Shown one piece after another: positions 1 to 10,046 of a DNA stretch of 40,002 nucleotides. The stretch is from a virus. Lineage: Duplodnaviria > Caudoviricetes. Numbering within the stretch: the stretch's first letter is position 1; each line of letters opens with the position of its first letter. The stretch lies in IMG/VR virus record IMGVR_UViG_3300034100_000018, positions 1-40,002 of that record, one strand, 5' to 3'. The notes beneath the pieces are model-generated. The model did no database searches and was not told the origin of the DNA. It was given only the letters and a program-made list of their open reading frames with translations. The translations under genes and the position numbers were made by a program.

Positions 1-127
1 CACTGGCAGCGGCGGAGCCATGCTCATGAGGGTGTCAGGCGACAATGGTGCCAGTTTTGGATCGTGGCGCGAGATAAGCCTGGGCGAGATTGGCGAGTAT
101 GACAAGCAGGTCAAGGCTCACCGATGC
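1..127. repeat. 127-bp terminal direct repeat, copy 1 (circular assembly overlap)
   Basis: 1-127 (cactggcagc...ccgatgc) is identical to 39876-40002, and it falls inside one continuous ORF. Confidence 0.97.
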
Positions 128-214
128 GGGTCGGGGAAGAACATCGTGATTGAACTGCGGGTGACGGGCGACCATGAGTGGAACCCGGCTGACCTGAATG
201 TGAGGGCAGTGTGA
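1..214 (+). CDS. C-terminal part of P22 gp10-like tail hub / packaged-DNA stabilization protein (continues from 38740 across the junction)
   Basis: ORF 20..214 is in frame with 38740..40002 through the terminal repeat; SGDNGASFG...LGEIGEY resembles gp10-family C-termini. Confidence 0.8.
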   Translation, partial: TGSGGAMLMRVSGDNGASFGSWREISLGEIGEYDKQVKAHRCGSGKNIVIELRVTGDHEWNPADLNVRAV

Positions 215-723
215 CTGATCGAGTATTCCCGCTCCGACCGCATGTGCCGATTGGCAAGGACGGGCGCGGCGTGCCGGTCCTGCCGTCGCCTGAGTTCATC
301 AAGCAGTGGGAAGACCTGTTCAAGCGGGTTGGGCAGTTTGAGGCACTCAACAATATTGAGCTAGAGGCTCTGTCCGACACGAGGAACGAGACGCTCACAT
401 ACCTAGCCCTGGCCCCAGATCGGCGCCCTCAGTCACGACTCAGCGCAGCAGGGATTGTGTGGCGGTACCGCAGCCTGTCGGCCGATGCGTCGCTGGTGGT
501 TGGCGATTTTGCCGACGTGGACGCCTCGGGCGCTGCGGTGACCGTCACGCTCCCGAGTGCTGCCGCATCGAAGGGCCGCATTGTAGGTGTGTCGAAGGTG
601 GATAGCTCGGCAAACGCTGTAACGCTGTCCGGTGACATCAATGGGCAGTCATCCATCAAGATGACGAGGCAGTACACGGCGCTGATCCTGGTGAGCACTG
701 GATCTGAGTGGAGGATCATTTGA
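211..723 (+). CDS. virion/tail-associated hypothetical protein
   Basis: 170 aa, GTGA-coupled to the gp10-like gene; C-terminal 'VDASGAAVTVTLPSAA...' beta-rich segment typical of fibre/needle proteins. Confidence 0.6.
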   Translation: MTDRVFPLRPHVPIGKDGRGVPVLPSPEFIKQWEDLFKRVGQFEALNNIELEALSDTRNETLTYLALAPDRRPQSRLSAAGIVWRYRSLSADASLVVGDFADVDASGAAVTVTLPSAAASKGRIVGVSKVDSSANAVTLSGDINGQSSIKMTRQYTALILVSTGSEWRII

Positions 724-2162
724 GCTACATCCCAGAGATCAGGCCGAGTCTGTCAGCGTTTGGGGACAGCCTCACAACAGAGTTGCGCCCGCTTGTTACG
801 CTCAAAGCAACCTACGGCATTCTGGATGAGTGCCAGACGTTCTCGGCAACTGGCGGGAGTGCTACCGCTGCGAACAGCGAGTTTCTGTGCCAGACGGGGA
901 CCAGTGTAGGCGGCTATGGGGTGATCTGGTCACGCCGACCGGTGGTCTATGTTCCTGGTGTTGGGGCTGAGGCTAGAGTTACAGCCCGCTTCACAACGCC
1001 GATTGCCTCATCGCTGCAACTGGCGGGGTTTTTCTCTGCCATCGACGGCATGTTTTTCGGCTACAACGGCACCAGCTTCGGCGTGATGCACCGCCATCAT
1101 GGGGCCATTGAGATCCGCACGCTGACGGTGACGGCTGGATCGGGAGGGGCGGAAACTGTGACCGTTACGCTCAACGGTACAGCATACACCGCAGCTATCA
1201 CGGCAGGATCGACAGCCCAAAACGCGCACGAGGTTGAGATTGGGCTCAATGCTGGTGCTGCCGCCAATCTTTGGTACATCTACCACGTAGGCGCGACGGT
1301 GGTTTTTGTGTCCAAGGATGCAGGGGCGAAGGCGGGGGCGTTTTCTGTGAGTGTGTCTGCTGGCACGTTCACAGGGACGATCGCCCAAAACAAGGCGGGG
1401 GCGTCCCCTACTGAGGACTGGACGGCGCAGGCATCGTGGAATGTCGATACATGCTCATGGCTGGACAAGACCAAGGGCAACCTGTTCAAGATGGAGTTCG
1501 CCTATCTTGGCTATGGCCCGCTGAAGTTCTCGGTGTTCAATCCGTCTACGGGTGTTTTTGAGGTTTGCCACATCGTTCATTGGGAGAACTCCAACGCGCA
1601 GACGAACCTCAGCAATCCGTCTCTGCGCGTTGGATGGGTTGCCGCCAGTATGGGCAGCAGCGGCACGAACCTAACCGTGGCCGGTGCGTCTGCAATGGCC
1701 GGGCTTCAGGGCAAGGCTGATCGCGTTCATGCGTTCGGCTCCTACGGTGTTGCAACAGGCATAACGACAGAGTCTCAGGTCCTGTCGGTGTATGTGCGCA
1801 GAGAGTTCGGCGACCGAGCCATGAATGGCGTGATCATCCCGAAGATCCTGTCAATCTCGACCGACTCCACAAAGGGCGCCGTGTTCCGCGTGTTCAAAAA
1901 TGCCACTGTCTCGGGCACAACGACGCATACGTATGTGGATGAAACAGAGAGTGCATGCACCTATGACACCGGAGGCACAACAGTGTCAGGCGGACGATTG
2001 ATTGGTGTCTATTCTGTCGGCCCATCTGGGCGCGCAACGATTGACTTAGACTCGGTCAACAACCTGCTTGTCGCAGGGGATGAGCTGGTGATAACTGCGC
2101 AGGTCACGTCCGGCGCTGCATCTGAGATGACTGCTTCGCTGACGTGGGAGGAGATCGTATGA
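708..2162 (+). CDS. putative virion structural (tail appendage) protein
   Basis: 484 aa, Gly/Ser/Thr/Ala-rich and beta-rich, in the tail module. Confidence 0.6.
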   Translation: MEDHLSYIPEIRPSLSAFGDSLTTELRPLVTLKATYGILDECQTFSATGGSATAANSEFLCQTGTSVGGYGVIWSRRPVVYVPGVGAEARVTARFTTPIASSLQLAGFFSAIDGMFFGYNGTSFGVMHRHHGAIEIRTLTVTAGSGGAETVTVTLNGTAYTAAITAGSTAQNAHEVEIGLNAGAAANLWYIYHVGATVVFVSKDAGAKAGAFSVSVSAGTFTGTIAQNKAGASPTEDWTAQASWNVDTCSWLDKTKGNLFKMEFAYLGYGPLKFSVFNPSTGVFEVCHIVHWENSNAQTNLSNPSLRVGWVAASMGSSGTNLTVAGASAMAGLQGKADRVHAFGSYGVATGITTESQVLSVYVRREFGDRAMNGVIIPKILSISTDSTKGAVFRVFKNATVSGTTTHTYVDETESACTYDTGGTTVSGGRLIGVYSVGPSGRATIDLDSVNNLLVAGDELVITAQVTSGAASEMTASLTWEEIV

Positions 2163-2497
2163 CTGCACCAGTCGCATCATCATTGATCCCGGCGAAATTT
2201 TGCGAATTGGCGCAAACGACGCAGTACACGGCGACTGACTGCACAACGATCATTGACCTGTTCACCGTCACGAACATCACTGCATCGGCGAAGCTGATCA
2301 GCGTGCATATAGTTGCATTCGGGTCTGTCGCTGCGGACCAAAACAAGATCGTCTCTTTGAGAGAGATCCAGCCAGGCGAAACAGTTGATATGCACGAGCT
2401 GTGCCACACCCTGGAGCCTGGGATGTTCGTGTCTACGTTGTGTTCTGGGGCAAGCGCCGTTGTTATTTGCGCAAGCGGCCGGGAGATACCGTCGTGA
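2159..2497 (+). CDS. small virion-module protein
   Basis: ATGA overlap with the upstream stop, SD GGAGGAG, 112 aa. Confidence 0.65.
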   Translation: MTAPVASSLIPAKFCELAQTTQYTATDCTTIIDLFTVTNITASAKLISVHIVAFGSVAADQNKIVSLREIQPGETVDMHELCHTLEPGMFVSTLCSGASAVVICASGREIPS

Positions 2498-2931
2498 TCA
2501 TCAAGCCGTCCACAGATAGGGGATTCATCATCGAGTGTGTCACCCATCCAAAGGTTTGGCCGCACGTCACATGCGACGGGGTTGACTCATTCAACCCGGA
2601 TGGGCATGTATTCGTTGAGGCTGTAGATGGACAAGACAGGCTCGGGGTTTTCATGCTCCACCCGCTGAATCCGGCGCTTGTCGAGATTCACACCGCTTTG
2701 CTGCCTCACTCGTGGGGCGTCAAGGCGGCCCAGGCCGCTAAGTCTCTGCTTGAGTACTTGGCAGGAAAAAACATCAAGAAGGCCATCACGATGGTGCCCC
2801 AAGACAACCCGCTGGCCAAGAGGTTTGCCATCAAGGCGGGTATGCGTGTTGAGGGCCGAATCACAAAGAGCTACCCGAAAGGCGGCGTTATGTTGGATCA
2901 GGATATTCTAGGAGTTGAGCTATGCCAATAG
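2494..2931 (+). CDS. GNAT-fold protein (P22 gp14/DUF2824-like)
   Basis: GTG start overlapping the previous stop; EIHTALLP..WG and N..A.RFA.KAG..VEG motifs; located just before the ejection genes. Confidence 0.7.
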   Translation: MIIKPSTDRGFIIECVTHPKVWPHVTCDGVDSFNPDGHVFVEAVDGQDRLGVFMLHPLNPALVEIHTALLPHSWGVKAAQAAKSLLEYLAGKNIKKAITMVPQDNPLAKRFAIKAGMRVEGRITKSYPKGGVMLDQDILGVELCQ

Positions 2932-3626
2932 CAGCAGTAGCAGCAGTTGCTCAAATCGGAAGCTCGCTGATTCAGTCCGATTCAGCTAAAAGCGCAGCCA
3001 GGTCGCAGGCCAGAGCTGCCGCAGCATCGGACGCGACTCAGCGGTACTTTTACGACACCTCGAGAGAGGACAACCTGCCGTTCTTGCAGACCGGCTACAA
3101 GGCAAATGATCAACTCAATGCCTTGCTCGCTGCGGGACAGGTCGGCAAGCTGCCCACGTTTTCCGACTACACGCAAGATCCATCCTACGCATGGCAGCAG
3201 GGAGAGGCCCTTAAGGCAGTGCAAGGCAGCGCGGCGGCCCGTGGTGGGCTCTACAGCGGAGCAACACAGCGCGCCATCAGTGATCGCGCACAGGGCATCG
3301 CGGCGTCGGACTATGGGGACTGGTGGAACCGCCAGCAGCAAGGCCAAAGCAACCGGGTCAATATGCTCAACGCTATCAGGTCAGGCGGGCAGACGGCTGC
3401 CGGACAAGTGGGGGCGGCTGGGCAGAATGCGGCAAATGCCATCAGCAGCAATGCTCTTGCGCTGGGTAACGCTCAAGGTGCCGCATCCATCGCCCAGGGC
3501 AACATCTGGGGCAACGCGCTCAACAGGGTGAGCAGTTACATGAATCCTATGTCGTCCGGCGGCGGGTTCATGGGGGCTTCCAGTGGAATCCCAAGTGACC
3601 CATATCAACGCATGGGCTACGCGTGA
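2922..3626 (+). CDS. DNA ejection/transfer protein (gp7-like)
   Basis: Ala/Gly/Gln-rich; 'SAAARGGLYSG' and 'DPSY' motifs; synteny. Confidence 0.8.
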   Translation: MPIAAVAAVAQIGSSLIQSDSAKSAARSQARAAAASDATQRYFYDTSREDNLPFLQTGYKANDQLNALLAAGQVGKLPTFSDYTQDPSYAWQQGEALKAVQGSAAARGGLYSGATQRAISDRAQGIAASDYGDWWNRQQQGQSNRVNMLNAIRSGGQTAAGQVGAAGQNAANAISSNALALGNAQGAASIAQGNIWGNALNRVSSYMNPMSSGGGFMGASSGIPSDPYQRMGYA

Positions 3627-3634
3627 GGCAAGAC

Positions 3635-4870
3635 ATGGCACAACTAGACGCAAGCATCTACAACGCACTCGGGCGTGGCGTGAAATCTCCTGAGGAATAC
3701 CAAGCAGAGCGCCAGGGCGTCGAGTCCAATGCGCTGAGCCTTCGCGCCATGCAATCGAAGATGGCTCAGGAGCAGGCAGCGGCGCAGCGGCAAGGGCAGT
3801 TGCAAAACCTTCTAGCCGGTGGTGCTGACGCCAATGCGCTGATGCGCGGCGGGTTCATGGATGAGGCGGCCAAACGCCAAACGATGGACACTGGCGCAGC
3901 GCAAGAGGACCGGGCGGCCAAGAAGTTCCAGATTGAGCAGGCTCGCAGCCAGGTCGAGCGCGCGGCGCAGCTTCTCGGGTCTGCGCGAGATCAGGCAAGC
4001 TACAACCAGGCCCGCATGGCTGCGCAGGCCGAGGGCCTGGACATGAATGGCGTGCCGGATCAGTTTGATCCTGCGTGGGTGGCGCAAACTCGGCGCCAAT
4101 ACCTCACGATCCAGCAACAGCTCGAGCAACACTGGAAGCAGATGGGCTATGACCTTGACGTTCGCCAACAATCCGAAGTCGAGCGCAACAACGCCACGCA
4201 AAACGCGATTTCACGCGGCAACCTGGCGGTGAGTCAAGGCAACCTTGGGCTGTCTCGTCAGCGGCTTGAACTTGAACGTCAGCAGCCCAAAGGCCAGTAT
4301 GATGCAGAGCGCGGCGTGATCGTTGATCCACGCACCGGAGAGGCCCGGCCTGTGTTGATGGGCGGCAAGCCACTCCCAGTCAGCTCCAAGCAAGTTGTTG
4401 CCACCGAAGACGAGCGCAAGGCGGCGGGGTGGTACAACCAGGCTGAAAACGCATGGAAGAACATGCAAGCAGCCATGGGCGGCATCGACCCGAAGACCGG
4501 GCGATTCAAGAATGAGGATGTGGCCCGCCCCGGCATGGCCGATGCCATCGCGGCAGTCCCATCGTTTGGGCTTGGCGAGGTGGTCGGCAATACGATGCGC
4601 GGTCCTGAGCGTCAAAAGTTCATGCAGGCGGCATCCTCCCTTAGTGAAGCCGTGTTGCGCGCAGCGACGGGTGCGGGCGTCAACAAGGACGAGGCCGTGC
4701 AAAAGGTGCGCGAACTGACGCCGGTATTCGGCGAAGACCCGGCCACGACCAAGCAAAAGATGGACTCCATCCCCATGTACCTGAACTCGCTCAAGCAACG
4801 CGCAGGCAGGGCCATGCCGCAAGGCGGCGGCGCACAACCTGGCGGCGCCAAATTCCTGGGGTTTGAATAA
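3635..4870 (+). CDS. DNA ejection protein (gp20-like)
   Basis: Gln/Ala-rich helical protein of ~411 aa, SD GAGG, second of three ejection-type genes. Confidence 0.65.
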   Translation: MAQLDASIYNALGRGVKSPEEYQAERQGVESNALSLRAMQSKMAQEQAAAQRQGQLQNLLAGGADANALMRGGFMDEAAKRQTMDTGAAQEDRAAKKFQIEQARSQVERAAQLLGSARDQASYNQARMAAQAEGLDMNGVPDQFDPAWVAQTRRQYLTIQQQLEQHWKQMGYDLDVRQQSEVERNNATQNAISRGNLAVSQGNLGLSRQRLELERQQPKGQYDAERGVIVDPRTGEARPVLMGGKPLPVSSKQVVATEDERKAAGWYNQAENAWKNMQAAMGGIDPKTGRFKNEDVARPGMADAIAAVPSFGLGEVVGNTMRGPERQKFMQAASSLSEAVLRAATGAGVNKDEAVQKVRELTPVFGEDPATTKQKMDSIPMYLNSLKQRAGRAMPQGGGAQPGGAKFLGFE

Positions 4871-6549
4871 TGCCTATCGCACGATTCCAGATGCCCGATG
4901 GGCGGGTGGCTCGCTTCGAGGTGCCTGACGGGACGACACCAGAGCAGGCGCAGTCGATGATGGAGGCGCATTTTTCTGCGCCAACCCCAGCGCCAAACCC
5001 GGCGCCCGTCAAGCGCGGCTTGTCCGAAAGCGAAACACCAGGCGTCGGGCAAACGCTCTTGATCGGCGCGGGCCGCACCTTTGACAAAGTGCTTGACGGC
5101 ATGACGCAGATGTACCTCGGGGCGCGAGGCGAAGAAAGTGCGCTCAAGGGCCTGAAAAAGTCCTACGACGACAAGGCGGAGCTGTACCGCCCACTCCAAG
5201 AGGCTCGCCCATTCGCGACCGGCATCGGTGAGGCGCTCCCATCCTTGGCTGTGCCGGTGGGTGGCGGCGTCGGCGTTGCATCCACTGTTGGCAGGCTTGC
5301 GCTTGCTGGGGGCGTGCCCGCTGCGCTTGAGTATGGCAGCGTCGAGGATCGCGCCAAGGGCTTTGCAACCGGCGCCGGTGCTGCTGTTGCTGGTGGTGCG
5401 GCGGGGGCGCTGCTCGGCAAGGCTGCGGGCTGGGGCGCAAACAAACTGTCTGATCGGATGATTGCCAAGGGCGCAGTCCAGCAAAGCGCAAATGCTGTTC
5501 GTGACGCAACCCTGGCGGCATCGCGTGATGCTGGGTATGTCGTCACCCCATCGCAGGCTGGATCTGGCGGGTTGATCAATTCCGTCTTGGAGGGTGTTGG
5601 CGGCAAGATCAAGACCCAGCAGGCGGCCAGTGTGCGCAATCAGTCTGTCACCGACTCGCTTGTGAGAAAGACCCTCGGCATGGCCGATGATGCGCCCATC
5701 ACCAAAGAGGCGCTTTCCGTCGTGCGCAACCAGGCCGGGCAGCAATACGAGGCCATGCGCCAGCTCGGGACGATCCAGGCGGACCCTGAATTCAAGGCCG
5801 CCCTGTCGGCACTGGCATCCAAAACCAGAAGCGCGAACAACAGCTTTCCGGGGCTGACCAAGGAAAACCCTATTGATGAGATCGTCAAGGCGCTGGACCA
5901 ACCCGCGTTCAATGCGTCAGATGCGGTTGACGCAATCTCCGTCTTGCGCGACAAGGCCGACTCGCTCTACGCCAGCGGCGACAAGGCGGCAGGCAAATCC
6001 ATCAAGGAAATTTCCACAGCCCTCGAAGACGCCCTAGAGCGATCCGCAAGCGCATCAGGCAATGCCGGCCTTGCCAAGTCGTTCAGGGATGCGCGAAAGC
6101 TCATCGCCAAGACGTACAGCGTTCAATCGGCACTCAATGAGGGGGCTGGCACGGTGAGCGCCCAAAAGCTGGGGCAGCAGCTCGCCAGAAACAAGCCCCT
6201 GTCCGGGGAGCTCCGCAGCGCGGCAGAGTTTGCACAAACCTTCCCGAAGGCTGCCCAATCTGGCGTCGATGTCCCGGCCTACAGCGTTCTTGATGCGGCG
6301 GCGGGCAGCTTCGCCATCGGGTCAGGCAATCCACTGCTTGCTGCGCTGCCCGCTGTCAGGCCATTGGCTAGGTCATCCGTGCTGAATCCGACGTATCAAA
6401 GGCTGATGGTGAACCCGCCAAGCTACGGCCCCGGGCGGCTGACAAACGCCATCACGAACGCGCTGCAAGGCGGGGCAACTCAGAACCTACTGAGGGTGGG
6501 CGGCACGGCGGCGGGCATTGCGGTGGGCAACGAACTTGCGCGCCGATGA
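4870..6549 (+). CDS. DNA ejection protein (gp16-like)
   Basis: 559 aa; N-terminal 'MPDGRVARFEVPDGTTPEQA'; Gly/Ala-rich hydrophobic stretches; synteny. Confidence 0.65.
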   Translation: MPIARFQMPDGRVARFEVPDGTTPEQAQSMMEAHFSAPTPAPNPAPVKRGLSESETPGVGQTLLIGAGRTFDKVLDGMTQMYLGARGEESALKGLKKSYDDKAELYRPLQEARPFATGIGEALPSLAVPVGGGVGVASTVGRLALAGGVPAALEYGSVEDRAKGFATGAGAAVAGGAAGALLGKAAGWGANKLSDRMIAKGAVQQSANAVRDATLAASRDAGYVVTPSQAGSGGLINSVLEGVGGKIKTQQAASVRNQSVTDSLVRKTLGMADDAPITKEALSVVRNQAGQQYEAMRQLGTIQADPEFKAALSALASKTRSANNSFPGLTKENPIDEIVKALDQPAFNASDAVDAISVLRDKADSLYASGDKAAGKSIKEISTALEDALERSASASGNAGLAKSFRDARKLIAKTYSVQSALNEGAGTVSAQKLGQQLARNKPLSGELRSAAEFAQTFPKAAQSGVDVPAYSVLDAAAGSFAIGSGNPLLAALPAVRPLARSSVLNPTYQRLMVNPPSYGPGRLTNAITNALQGGATQNLLRVGGTAAGIAVGNELARR

Positions 6550-6645
6550 CTCGATCCAGTTCATTACCAAGCCGATGCCAAGCCAAAGCAGCGGGCTAAT
6601 GACCCCAACGACAAGAGCCGTTCCAAACGCTCGATAGAAGTCCAC
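6487..6645 (-). CDS. possible small membrane protein (antisense, moron-like)
   Basis: GTG start gives 52 aa with one strong TM segment (FGTALVVGVISPLLWLGIGLV); overlaps the 3' end of the gp16-like gene. Confidence 0.4.
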   Translation of the reverse strand: MDFYRAFGTALVVGVISPLLWLGIGLVMNWIESSARKFVAHRNARRRAAHPQ

Positions 6646-6658
6646 CCGCACCCCCTGC

Positions 6659-6716
6659 AACCCGCCCCGTGCGGGTTTTTTGCATTCTAGCCGCCCTCGG
6701 GTGGCTTTTTCTTTTT
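6659..6716 (+). terminator. two tandem intrinsic terminators before the tailspike gene
   Basis: AACCCGC-cccgt-GCGGGTT+T-run and AGCCGCC-ctcg-GGTGGCT+T-run. Confidence 0.75.
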
Positions 6717-6725
6717 GAGGCCAGC

Positions 6726-9128
6726 ATGGCAGCATACCTAGCCCAAGCGTTCAACACCCAGATCCTCGTCGGCAACACGGTTGCGGCGAACCATCTGCTC
6801 TACACCTACGAGAGCGGCACCACGACGCCAAAGACCGTCTACAAGAACCAGGCCGGGACGGTTGCCCACACGAACCCCATCGTGCTCAATGCTGACGGAT
6901 CGCCCCCGGGCGGCGTGATCTGGGTGACCAGTGGGGAGTGCACGTTTACGCTCAAAACGGCGCTGGGCGCTGAGGTGTGGACCCGCGACGACATCGCCGG
7001 GTCTTCGTCGTCTGGCGATGTCTCTGCGCTTCGGGCGGATCTGCTGGATGACACCGACGCGGCAAAAGGATCCGCCATAGTCGGCGACAAGCAGTCAGAC
7101 GCAACGATGACGGACGCGACTGTAAGCGAATCTCTGCGATCCCTGGAAGACGCCACGGGGGTGAACGTAACAAAGTTCATGTCTGCCGCCCAATATGCAG
7201 ACTTCAAATCAGGCGCGCTGGCGCAGGATCTTACGGACGTCTTCCAGGCTGCGATTGACTACGCGCTCCAGAACAAACTGCCCAAGGTGATCTGCCCGCC
7301 AGGCAAAGCGAAGATCACGGACACCATCCACCTAGGCTATGGTGTCGATTTTGCCACCATCGTCCTTGAGGGATTGAATAAGCCCGGGTCCGTTGATCTC
7401 GCACTCGATAGCACGTTGTACTGGATGGGTCCGCTTGATCGTCCCGTCGTCAACATCCAAGGCGGGCGGTCAAGCGGCCTGCGAAGAATAGCAGTGCAAT
7501 ACGACTACGACTCTGGCTACAACACAATTCAGACGATCCTGGCAAACGTCCACCTGATGCCGGACATTGCTAACTGGTCTCCCCCTGGCGCAGTCACCAC
7601 CGAGACTAACGCATTTTGCGGGGTGTGCGTCGATGCGTACAGCGGAACCGCGCCAGTCAATGCGTATCCATCTGTCACATACCCGGCGTGGCTTGGTGGA
7701 TCAATTCCACAGTATGGCAAGGCCCTTACATCTCGCCCAGTCATTGAAGAGTGCAAAATCTGGGGCTTTTATATCGGAGCCTTCATTCACCCGCAAAACA
7801 CGGGCAATGGCGACTTCCCTGCTCTTTCCGGTACAAGCATCAACTATTGTGGCATCGGGATTAAGGCCGCGCACTCCAACGCTAGACTTATGGATGTGCA
7901 GAGTTGCGACCTGGGGCACAATCACACCTGTTACACGAACGTCACGGCGGCACTGACAACAGGCGGTAACAATACAGCGAATTTCAATAACGTCGTGATG
8001 GACTACTGCTATCAGTGGTTCGACGTCGAAAGCAATCAGGCTTGGCATATCTCGAATTGCTACGGTGAATTGATCGTACAGATCGGCAAAACAGCCGGTG
8101 GCGCGGCTACAGCGTCTTACGCGAAATTTTCAGGGTGTAATGTCACGTTTATTCGTAACGCGACATCCGGAAATTCTCGCATTGTGCCGCTATACTTCGC
8201 TGACATCATAGGAAATTTTGACGCCTGCACGTTCTCTGGTATATATGGCGTCGAGCACGTGCGGGACTATTATGGCGGCATAGGAACAGGTGTTGGGTTC
8301 AATAACTGCCAGTTCAATAACGCCTTTGCCTTGAGCGATTTCCCGACCGCATCCGCTCCTGAATCTGTTGCCCTCGCCCAAACTGGCGGACTCCTGATAT
8401 CCCCGGGCACAAACAGAAACAAGAGAACACCTAAGATTCAATCAAGCAAATTCTCTTTTAATTATGCCAATGGGACCGCCTTCCCTGGAATCGACATATC
8501 CAACTCGATAAAAACAATCCATTCCATCGGATCTGATTTCTACGGCTCCCAGCGTGAATACCTCTTGCCGTCATATGCCTGCGGTGTGACGGTGACGCTT
8601 GCTTCTGTCTCGGTCACTGGGCTTGTGCTTTCTGCGACAGCGACCGTGAATTACACCAGTCCACCAGCCGTGGGCGATGTGATGCAGGACAGCATCGGCA
8701 GGCTGTACGTTGTGCAGTCATACAACTCAGGCACAGGCGCTCTGACTGCGCTTATTTGCACCGGGTACACCATCAACGGGGCGTCGGTTGTTTCCATAAC
8801 TGGCACAGCTCCGGCAAACGGAACATTCAATCTTTTCAGGGCAGGCAGGTACGCCACCAGCTACACGGGCATGGCGATTGTCTGCACCAGCGGTAGCGCC
8901 GTTGTAACCCTCAAAGACGTTACCGGAGCTGCTGTTGCGGACGCCACCCCGTACTTTTCTGCCGGTGACACGATACTGGTTTGCCCTGCGACTTACCACG
9001 CGACGATCAACCCGGTGCCGTTCATCGGGTTCGTCACAGTTGTGTCTGTTGCGGCCGGGAACATCACAGTCAACAAAAACGCGCTCGCAACCATGACGGT
9101 TGCCGACACGCCAACGCTGTGCCGGTGA
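6726..9128 (+). CDS. tailspike / receptor-binding protein with right-handed beta-helix (pectate-lyase-like)
   Basis: ATG 6726 with SD GAGG; N-terminal 'LYTYESGTTTP...TNPIVLNADG' virion-anchor motif; 'DLTDVFQAAID...VICPPG' beta-helix start; Asn/Cys-rich repeats. Confidence 0.85.
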   Translation: MAAYLAQAFNTQILVGNTVAANHLLYTYESGTTTPKTVYKNQAGTVAHTNPIVLNADGSPPGGVIWVTSGECTFTLKTALGAEVWTRDDIAGSSSSGDVSALRADLLDDTDAAKGSAIVGDKQSDATMTDATVSESLRSLEDATGVNVTKFMSAAQYADFKSGALAQDLTDVFQAAIDYALQNKLPKVICPPGKAKITDTIHLGYGVDFATIVLEGLNKPGSVDLALDSTLYWMGPLDRPVVNIQGGRSSGLRRIAVQYDYDSGYNTIQTILANVHLMPDIANWSPPGAVTTETNAFCGVCVDAYSGTAPVNAYPSVTYPAWLGGSIPQYGKALTSRPVIEECKIWGFYIGAFIHPQNTGNGDFPALSGTSINYCGIGIKAAHSNARLMDVQSCDLGHNHTCYTNVTAALTTGGNNTANFNNVVMDYCYQWFDVESNQAWHISNCYGELIVQIGKTAGGAATASYAKFSGCNVTFIRNATSGNSRIVPLYFADIIGNFDACTFSGIYGVEHVRDYYGGIGTGVGFNNCQFNNAFALSDFPTASAPESVALAQTGGLLISPGTNRNKRTPKIQSSKFSFNYANGTAFPGIDISNSIKTIHSIGSDFYGSQREYLLPSYACGVTVTLASVSVTGLVLSATATVNYTSPPAVGDVMQDSIGRLYVVQSYNSGTGALTALICTGYTINGASVVSITGTAPANGTFNLFRAGRYATSYTGMAIVCTSGSAVVTLKDVTGAAVADATPYFSAGDTILVCPATYHATINPVPFIGFVTVVSVAAGNITVNKNALATMTVADTPTLCR

Positions 9129-9131
9129 CGC

Positions 9132-9554
9132 ATGAATCTCGCCAGCTACAAAAGCAATAGGCCCGGCCTTCGTGGCTTGTTCAACATGGCCGTGCGCTGG
9201 TGGCTTGGCGGCAAGTACAGCCACACCGAGATCATCTTCAGTGACGGAATGTGCGGCTCGTCGTCGTGGCTTGATGGAGGTGTCAGGCTCAAGCGTATCG
9301 ACATCAAGGCAGATCACTGGGACATCACACCAATCAATGGGGACGAGAAAAGCGCCCGGCACTGGTTCGAGATCCATCAAGGCCAAGGCTTTGATCTTCT
9401 CGGGCTGCTGGGGTTTGTGTGGCGCAGGAACACAGAGCACCGGGGGCGCTGGTTTTGCTCCGAAGCCTGTGCGGCTGCGCTTGGTTTTTCAGAGCCTCAC
9501 AGGTTTGATCCATGTTCCCTACCCGTAGCACTAAGACACCAAACAGACGTATGA
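9132..9554 (+). CDS. permuted papain-like (NlpC/P60, YiiX/YaeF-type) protein
   Basis: YSH(T)E...FDLLG...WFCSE motifs, with His before the catalytic Cys. Confidence 0.75.
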   Translation: MNLASYKSNRPGLRGLFNMAVRWWLGGKYSHTEIIFSDGMCGSSSWLDGGVRLKRIDIKADHWDITPINGDEKSARHWFEIHQGQGFDLLGLLGFVWRRNTEHRGRWFCSEACAAALGFSEPHRFDPCSLPVALRHQTDV

Positions 9555-9853
9555 GCGACCAATTCAAGTTCAGGTTGTACGAGTGGGCCGAGTGGGCAAC
9601 AAAAGCCCTGCTGATCGGCATGTCCACATTGCTTTGGAACCTCAACTCAGACTTGACCAAGTCGATGCAGGCTCAAGCAAGCCAAGACCGCGAGATCATG
9701 CAGGTCAAGGCTGATTTGAAGGCACTTCGATCTGAGGCTATGATGCGATCCGAGGCCATGGAGCTGATGAAGCGCGTCGAACAACAGTTGCAGATCATAG
9801 TTCTACAAGGGCAGCTCGATGCCAGAAAGGGTAAAAATGAAACTCATCCCTGA
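9551..9853 (+). CDS. holin/antiholin-like membrane protein with coiled coil
   Basis: ATGA coupling; N-terminal hydrophobic segment followed by a coiled coil; lysis-module position. Confidence 0.55.
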   Translation: MSDQFKFRLYEWAEWATKALLIGMSTLLWNLNSDLTKSMQAQASQDREIMQVKADLKALRSEAMMRSEAMELMKRVEQQLQIIVLQGQLDARKGKNETHP

Positions 9854-10046
9854 ATGGCGCAAAGCCTGGCGCATGTTGTCTGTGCAGGCTATGGGCGTTG
9901 CTATGGCAGCGCAGGGTGCGTGGGCCATGCTGCCTGCTGAGTTGCAATCCGAGGTGCCTGGATGGGCTATGAAAGCGTTCACCGCGATCATTCTCGGGCT
10001 GGGCATCGTTGGGCGCCTGGTCAAGCAGCCCAAGGTGAGCGAGTGA
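9837..10046 (+). CDS. holin-like protein
   Basis: MKLIPEWRKAWRMLSVQA...GRLVKQP, two TM segments, 69 aa. Confidence 0.7.
   Translation: MKLIPEWRKAWRMLSVQAMGVAMAAQGAWAMLPAELQSEVPGWAMKAFTAIILGLGIVGRLVKQPKVSE

Noticed and set aside
6726-9128. Diversity-generating retroelement or invertible tail-fibre system
   Set aside because: No reverse transcriptase, invertase or TR/VR repeat seen
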